Assembly (NCBI GenBank): GCA_025055235.1
Contig: JANWYN010000068.1
Span: 43,630-107,629 of the forward strand
DNA length: 64,000 bases
DNA from: Candidatus Roseilinea sp.
GTDB lineage: Bacteria; Chloroflexota; Anaerolineae; J036; Brachytrichaceae
Direction: 5' to 3'
Positions within the stretch are counted from its first letter, which is position 1. Every line of letters begins with the position of its first letter. Shown here in pieces: positions 59,567-64,000 of this stretch. Below the pieces are notes generated by a model. That model was given only the letters and a program-made list of their open reading frames with translations, had not been told where the DNA came from and ran no database searches. The position numbers were made by a program, and so were the translations under genes.

Positions 59567-60604
59567 ATGGACGGCCTGTTGATCGTTGACAAGCCGCGCG
59601 GGATGGCGTCGCACGATGTGGTGGCGCGCGCGCGCCGGCTGTTGCGCGAGAAGCGCATCGGCCACGCCGGCACGCTCGACCCGCTGGCGACCGGCGTGCT
59701 GGTGCTGTGCATCGGCCAGGCCACCCGCCTGAGCGAATACTTGCTTGGCGAAGACAAGGCCTATGCCGGCGTGATCCGGCTGGGCCAGCGCACGACGACC
59801 GACGACGCCGAGGGCGAGGTGATCGCAACGCGCCCCGTGCCGCCGCTGACCGAGGAGACGCTGAGGCAGCTCGAAGCGCGCTTCACCGGCACAATCGCGC
59901 AAACGCCGCCGCAGTTCTCTGCCATTCAAAAGGGCGGCCAGCGCGCCTATGCCCTGGCTCGTCAAGGCCGGCCGGTCGAGCTGGCGCCGCGGCAGGTGAC
60001 GGTGTATGAGCTGCGGCTCGCGCTGCCCGGCAGCGATGATTCAAGATTGATGACTGATGATTTCCCACCCCCCACTCCCGATTCCCCAATCATTCAATCA
60101 TCAATCATCCAATCATCAATCATTCACCATCAATCATCGGGAGCCGGGAGTGGGGAGTCGGTAGTCGGCCATCTGTGCCTCTTCGTCCGCTGCTCCGCCG
60201 GCACCTACGTTCGCGCTCTGGCGCGCGACATCGGCGAGGCGCTCGGTTGTGGCGGCCATCTGGTTGCGCTGCGCCGCATGCAGGCCGGCCGCTTCACGCT
60301 GGCCGATGCCGTCACGCTCGATCAGGTCGAAGCCGCAGTGCGCGAGGGCAAAGCTGCATCGTTGTTGCTGCCGATGGACCGCGCGGTGGCCGATTGGCCC
60401 GCAGTGCATTTGAGCGACGCCGACGCGCGGCGGTTGAAGATGGGACAAGCGATTGCGTTGCCACAGCCGGTCGCTCTCCCAAGCGCAGCTCGCGGGGTGC
60501 GCGTGTATGATTCTCGCCGTACGTTCATTGCCATCGCGCACTGGGATGGAACGAAACTCAAACCGGCGAAGGTCTTCGATGCAGCTCCTCCACTCGTTCG
60601 ATGA
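59567..60604 (+). CDS. truB: tRNA pseudouridine(55) synthase TruB carrying an about 45-aa low-complexity insertion.
   Basis: LLIVDKPRGMASHDVVARARRLL…GHAGTLDPLATGVLVLCIG and the catalytic Asp motif. Insertion SDDSRLMTDDFPPPTPDSPIIQSSIIQSSIIHHQSSGAGSGESVVG between the conserved blocks VYELRLALPG and HLCLFVRCSAGTYVRALARDIG. Confidence 0.85.
   Translation: MDGLLIVDKPRGMASHDVVARARRLLREKRIGHAGTLDPLATGVLVLCIGQATRLSEYLLGEDKAYAGVIRLGQRTTTDDAEGEVIATRPVPPLTEETLRQLEARFTGTIAQTPPQFSAIQKGGQRAYALARQGRPVELAPRQVTVYELRLALPGSDDSRLMTDDFPPPTPDSPIIQSSIIQSSIIHHQSSGAGSGESVVGHLCLFVRCSAGTYVRALARDIGEALGCGGHLVALRRMQAGRFTLADAVTLDQVEAAVREGKAASLLLPMDRAVADWPAVHLSDADARRLKMGQAIALPQPVALPSAARGVRVYDSRRTFIAIAHWDGTKLKPAKVFDAAPPLVR
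60069..60165. repeat. Heptamer repeat element inside truB: an inverted arm (cccactcccgattcccc), about 7 units of CAATCAT, then about 4 units of CGGGAGT (complement of the arm).
   Basis: Reads aatcatt caatcat caatcat ccaatcat caatcat tcaccat caatcat cgggagc cgggagt ggggagt cggtagt. The whole insert is about 135 bp (in frame). Confidence 0.8.
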
Positions 60605-61331
60605 AGTCACCGATCCCGTTCCATCCACCTGCACGATCGGCGCGTTCGACGGCGTGCACCTTGGCCACCAGCAGTTGATTCGCGCCATGGTTGGCGACGC
60701 GCGCGCGCGGAGCGTGCGGTCGGCTGTGGTCACGTTCTTTCCTCATCCGCGCGTGGTGTTGGGCCGAGCGCCGGATCGCTATCTCACCTTGCCCGACGAC
60801 AAGGCCGAACAGATCGCCGCGCTGGGCGTGGACGTGCTGGTGACGTTGGAATTCACGTTGCAGATGGCGCAACTGACGGCGCTGGAGTTCGTCCAGAACA
60901 TGGTCGCTGCGCTCGCGCCGGTCAGCTTGTGGATCGGCCCGGATTTCGCGCTGGGCCGCGGGCGCCAGGGGAATGCGGCCTACCTTGCCGAGTTGGGTCG
61001 CCAGTTCGGTTTTACCGTGAACGTGTTGCCGGAGCTGAGCATGGGTGCGAATGTCATCTCCAGCACGCGCATCCGCGATGCGCTGTCGCGCGGCGACGTG
61101 AGCGACGCCAACTTGTGCCTGGGGCGTCCGTTCCGAGTGCGGGGCAGCTACGACGGCGACCGCACACTCTGCGTGGATGAGCGGCAATGGCTGCCCGCGC
61201 CGGGCACCTATCCGGTGCTGATCGAGGAACGCATCAACCAGGCAACCCTAACGACCGAGCGGCCGTGCAGCATCGCGCTCGAACATCCGCTCAAAGACGG
61301 CTGGCGTCTGGTAAAAGTGGAATTCGTGTAG
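60579..61331 (+). CDS. ribF: FAD synthetase (FMN adenylyltransferase) RibF-like with a short, degenerate C-terminal riboflavin-kinase region.
   Basis: N-terminal nucleotidyltransferase motifs (CTIGAFDGVHLGHQQLI, VVTFFPHPR). The C-terminal about 75 aa lack the canonical GFPTAN(L) riboflavin-kinase motif. The 5' end overlaps truB by 26 nt. Confidence 0.7.
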   Translation: MQLLHSFDEVTDPVPSTCTIGAFDGVHLGHQQLIRAMVGDARARSVRSAVVTFFPHPRVVLGRAPDRYLTLPDDKAEQIAALGVDVLVTLEFTLQMAQLTALEFVQNMVAALAPVSLWIGPDFALGRGRQGNAAYLAELGRQFGFTVNVLPELSMGANVISSTRIRDALSRGDVSDANLCLGRPFRVRGSYDGDRTLCVDERQWLPAPGTYPVLIEERINQATLTTERPCSIALEHPLKDGWRLVKVEFV

Positions 61332-62534
61332 ATGCTCGTCCGGCACCTTTCGCTCACCAACTTCCGGCTATATGCGCGGCTGGAACTCGACCTGCCGCGC
61401 GGGCTGGTGATCGTGCAAGGCGACAACGCGCAGGGCAAGACCTCGCTGCTCGAAGCGATCTACTTCCTCGCCACGGCACACTCCCCGCACACTCACGCCG
61501 ACCGGCAGGTGATTCGCTGGGGTGCAGAGGAAGAAGGCCCATACCCCTATGCCGTGCTGAAGGCCAACATCGAGCGCAGCGACGGCCTGCACCTGATCGA
61601 GATGGCCTTGCAGCGCGGCGAGTCGAACCGGCTGCGCAAGGAGATCCGCATTGATCGCGTTGCTCGGCGCGGCATAGACCTGGTCGGCCAGCTTAACGTG
61701 GTGCTCTTCCTGCCGGGCGACGTAGAGTTAGTAGCCGGCGCGCCTGCGCTGCGCCGCGATTTTCTCGACGCGGCGCTATCGCAGGTGGACGCCGACTATG
61801 TGCGCGCGCTCGACCGGTATACGCGCGCGCTCGCCCAGCGCAACGCGCTGCTCAAGCAAGCTCAGGAGCGCGTGCTCGACCCCGATGAGCTGGCGATCTG
61901 GGACGACCAGCTCGTGCCGGCAGGCGTAGAGATTGCCCTGCGCCGTCGCCGGGCGGTGGCCGAGCTGGCGCGGCTGGCGATGCCGATCCACCGCGAGCTG
62001 TCCAACGGCCTGGAGTATTTGCAGATCACCTACCAGCCGAACTTCGACCCCGCCCGGCCGGGCACACTCGATGCGCCGTATCAGGTGAGCATAGATGACT
62101 CGCAGCCGCCGGCCGGCGTGGACCGGCGCGACTTGCAGGCGGCATTCCGCCGGGCGCTGGATGAGCGCCGGCGCGAGGAGATCGCGCGCGGCATGACGCT
62201 GGTCGGCCCGCACCGCGATGAGGTGCGCTTCATCGCCAACGGCATGGATCTAGGCGACTTCGGCTCGCGCGGGCAACAGCGCACGGCAGTGCTGGCGCTC
62301 AAGCTGGCGCAGGTCGCATGGATGCGTGAGCGCACGCGCGAGGAACCGGTGTTGCTGCTGGACGAGGTGCTGGCCGAACTCGACCCGCACCGCCGCCGCT
62401 GCCTATTACAGCGGATTGGCAGCGCGCATCAGACCATCGTCACCACGACGGATCTGCAGCGCTTCGACCAAGACTTCGTGCGCAGCGCGGCTGTGCTGCA
62501 AGTATGCGCCGGCGTCGTCTCGGCCATGATCTGA
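61332..62534 (+). CDS. recF: DNA replication and repair protein RecF.
   Basis: Walker A GDNAQGKTSLLEAI, ABC signature SRGQQRT, Walker B VLLLDEV. The ATG follows the ribF TAG stop immediately, in the same frame. Confidence 0.85.
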   Translation: MLVRHLSLTNFRLYARLELDLPRGLVIVQGDNAQGKTSLLEAIYFLATAHSPHTHADRQVIRWGAEEEGPYPYAVLKANIERSDGLHLIEMALQRGESNRLRKEIRIDRVARRGIDLVGQLNVVLFLPGDVELVAGAPALRRDFLDAALSQVDADYVRALDRYTRALAQRNALLKQAQERVLDPDELAIWDDQLVPAGVEIALRRRRAVAELARLAMPIHRELSNGLEYLQITYQPNFDPARPGTLDAPYQVSIDDSQPPAGVDRRDLQAAFRRALDERRREEIARGMTLVGPHRDEVRFIANGMDLGDFGSRGQQRTAVLALKLAQVAWMRERTREEPVLLLDEVLAELDPHRRRCLLQRIGSAHQTIVTTTDLQRFDQDFVRSAAVLQVCAGVVSAMI

Positions 62535-62613
62535 ACGGGGCGCGGCCACCGATGCTGCAGCGCGCGTCTTGATGCAAAAACAGCTCATCGCGCGGCGGGA
62601 TGAGTCTGCGCGC

Positions 62614-62637
62614 AACAAACTGTGAAGCCGGCCTTTG
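62614..62637 (+). terminator. Terminator-like hairpin downstream of recF.
   Basis: gaagccggc-ctttgtg-ccggcttc. No strong T-tract. Confidence 0.35.
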
Positions 62638-62724
62638 TGCCGGCTTCGCTGCTGGGTTGGCCGCGACTTCATTCGCCGGCTGGACTTGCCCTCCCACTTC
62701 TTTGTGCAAGTATCGAAACCTTCA

Positions 62725-62753
62725 TTGACAAACATTGAACGCAGGATTACATT
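62725..62753 (+). promoter_or_regulatory. Putative sigma70 promoter (TTGACA-N17-TACATT) for the CarH-like regulator gene, giving a very short 5' UTR.
   Basis: ttgacaaacattgaacgcaggattacatt. The ATG lies 12 nt after the -10. Confidence 0.4.
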
Positions 62754-62765
62754 AAACGCTGCTTG

Positions 62766-64000
62766 ATGTTCGAGCAATACAGCGACGAGCCTGTTTACAA
62801 CGTTAAGGCCGTCTCGCACCAGACCGGCGTTGCTGCGGCAACGCTGCGCGCCTGGGAACGGCGCTATGGTGTGCCCTCGCCTCCGCGCACCGATAGCGGC
62901 TACCGGCTGTATTCCGCTCGTGACGTGGCCATCATCCGCTGGCTGAAGGCACAGATCGAAAACGGCATGAGCATCAGTCAGGCCGTGCACCTGCTGCGCT
63001 CGCTCGAATCGCAATCTGCCGATGGGCGGGTAGGCGAGCCGGCTGCCGAGCGGCGCCAGCCGGATGCGCCGGCTTCATATCAGCGCCTGCACGATGAAAT
63101 CATCGCCGGCGCTGTCGAGTTCGACGAAGCGCACATTGAGTATGCGTTGGCGGAGGCATTCTCGCTCTTCCCGGTGGAGGAGGTGTGCCTGAACCTGATC
63201 CAGCCGGCGCTGGTGACGTTGGGCGAGAAATGGCACATCGGCGAAATCAACATCAGCGTCGAACACTTCGCGACCAACATCATGCGCCGCAAGCTGCTAG
63301 CGCTGATGTCGGCGTCGCCACCGGTGAGCCGCGAAGAACGCATCGTCAGCGGATGCGCGCCGGGCGAGTATCACGAGCTGGGTATCTTGATGCTCTCACT
63401 CTTTTTGCGCCGTCGCGGCTACGGGGTGATCTACCTTGGGCAAAATATCGCCGCGGCGCGCTTCCAGGAGATGCTGTCGAAGACGCAGCCCAACCTGCTG
63501 CTGCTCTCGGCCAGCGGGCTGATCGCAGCGGCGAACTTGTTGGACGTCGTCGAGGAGCTCAGACATCACGCTGCTCAGTTGAGCGCGATGGTCGCCTTTG
63601 GTGGGCGGGTGTTCAATCGCGTGCCCGAGTTGCGGCAGCGCGTACCCGGGGTGTATGTCGGCGACGACGCTCAGGCCGCAATGCGCCGGATCACCGAGTT
63701 ACTGGCCGACAAAGCCGCTGAGACCGTGCCGCAGCAGGTAGACTATGCGCCTGTGGACGCCGAGACGCTGGATGCGCTGGCCGCTTTGCGGCGGCATCGC
63801 CCTGAGATCATCGCCGTCGCCACGCGCTTGATTCAGAATCATGCCGAGTACGAACCGGCGCACAAACAACTCCTGCAAGCGAACGAGAACCTGTTGCAGA
63901 TCGTGGAGTCGGCGTTGCGCTTCGGCGAACCGTCGGTTTTGCACGACCGGATGAATTGGCTGTGGGATGCGCTGCCTCCTGACGGCATCTCCAGCGCGCA
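62766..64000 (+). CDS. MerR-family transcriptional regulator with a C-terminal cobalamin-binding domain (CarH/LitR-like light-responsive regulator). The 3' end is truncated by the window.
   Basis: N-terminal MerR HTH (VYNVKAVSHQTGVAAATLRAWERRYG). B12-binding ExHxxG motif (PGEYHELGILMLSLFLRRRGYGVIYLG) after a 4-helix-bundle-like segment. The reading frame is open to position 64000. Confidence 0.75.
   Translation, partial: MFEQYSDEPVYNVKAVSHQTGVAAATLRAWERRYGVPSPPRTDSGYRLYSARDVAIIRWLKAQIENGMSISQAVHLLRSLESQSADGRVGEPAAERRQPDAPASYQRLHDEIIAGAVEFDEAHIEYALAEAFSLFPVEEVCLNLIQPALVTLGEKWHIGEINISVEHFATNIMRRKLLALMSASPPVSREERIVSGCAPGEYHELGILMLSLFLRRRGYGVIYLGQNIAAARFQEMLSKTQPNLLLLSASGLIAAANLLDVVEELRHHAAQLSAMVAFGGRVFNRVPELRQRVPGVYVGDDAQAAMRRITELLADKAAETVPQQVDYAPVDAETLDALAALRRHRPEIIAVATRLIQNHAEYEPAHKQLLQANENLLQIVESALRFGEPSVLHDRMNWLWDALPPDGISSA

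Noticed and set aside
61329-61334. Possibility that ribF and recF are one fused gene (same frame, separated only by TAG).
   Set aside because: RecF begins with its conserved N-terminus (MLVRHLSLTNFRLY) right after the stop. This is most simply adjacent genes in a shared frame, though TAG readthrough cannot be excluded from sequence alone.

Overview
This is a gene-dense, GC-rich (about 65% by eye) bacterial chromosomal window with about 60 supportable protein genes on both strands. The gene content (RskA-type anti-sigma factors, PSP1/RicT, PrsW, CarH-like regulator) looks Chloroflexota- or Actinobacteria-like, but I cannot name the organism. No rRNA, tRNA or CRISPR array was recognised.

Housekeeping genes include smc, fabI, fabG-fabD-rpmF, asp23-nusB, tatA/tatC, pyk, metY, apbC, and a nusA-ylxR-infB-rbfA-nrnA-(MTase)-truB-ribF-recF block. 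Carbohydrate and envelope genes include three tandem paralogous TIM-barrel (GH5-like) glycosidases, a Tat-exported SGNH esterase, lipoproteins and an MFS transporter. Regulatory genes include two paralogous ECF sigma (SigK-like) / RskA anti-sigma pairs, one flanked by a PrsW intramembrane protease. There is also an AAA-ATPase–OmpR-wHTH regulator and a CarH/LitR-like B12-binding MerR regulator (partial at the window end). Three lower-GC accessory patches are a NYN-domain gene, a Phd/Doc TA pair next to an unusual PHP–AlbA_2 (Schlafen-like) multidomain protein, and a back-to-back pair of Type II R-M systems.

The most unusual sequence-level signal is a set of short heptanucleotide tandem-repeat elements, often with flanking inverted copies, in intergenic regions. 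They also occur as in-frame low-complexity insertions inside conserved genes (truB, smc, mmuM). Other points are a DUF5615/PIN-like pseudogene next to a nested palindromic element, a frameshift at a 42-bp tandem repeat in a coiled-coil gene, many 4-nt ATGA/GTGA start/stop overlaps, and a ribF whose riboflavin-kinase domain looks degenerate and whose frame runs straight into recF.
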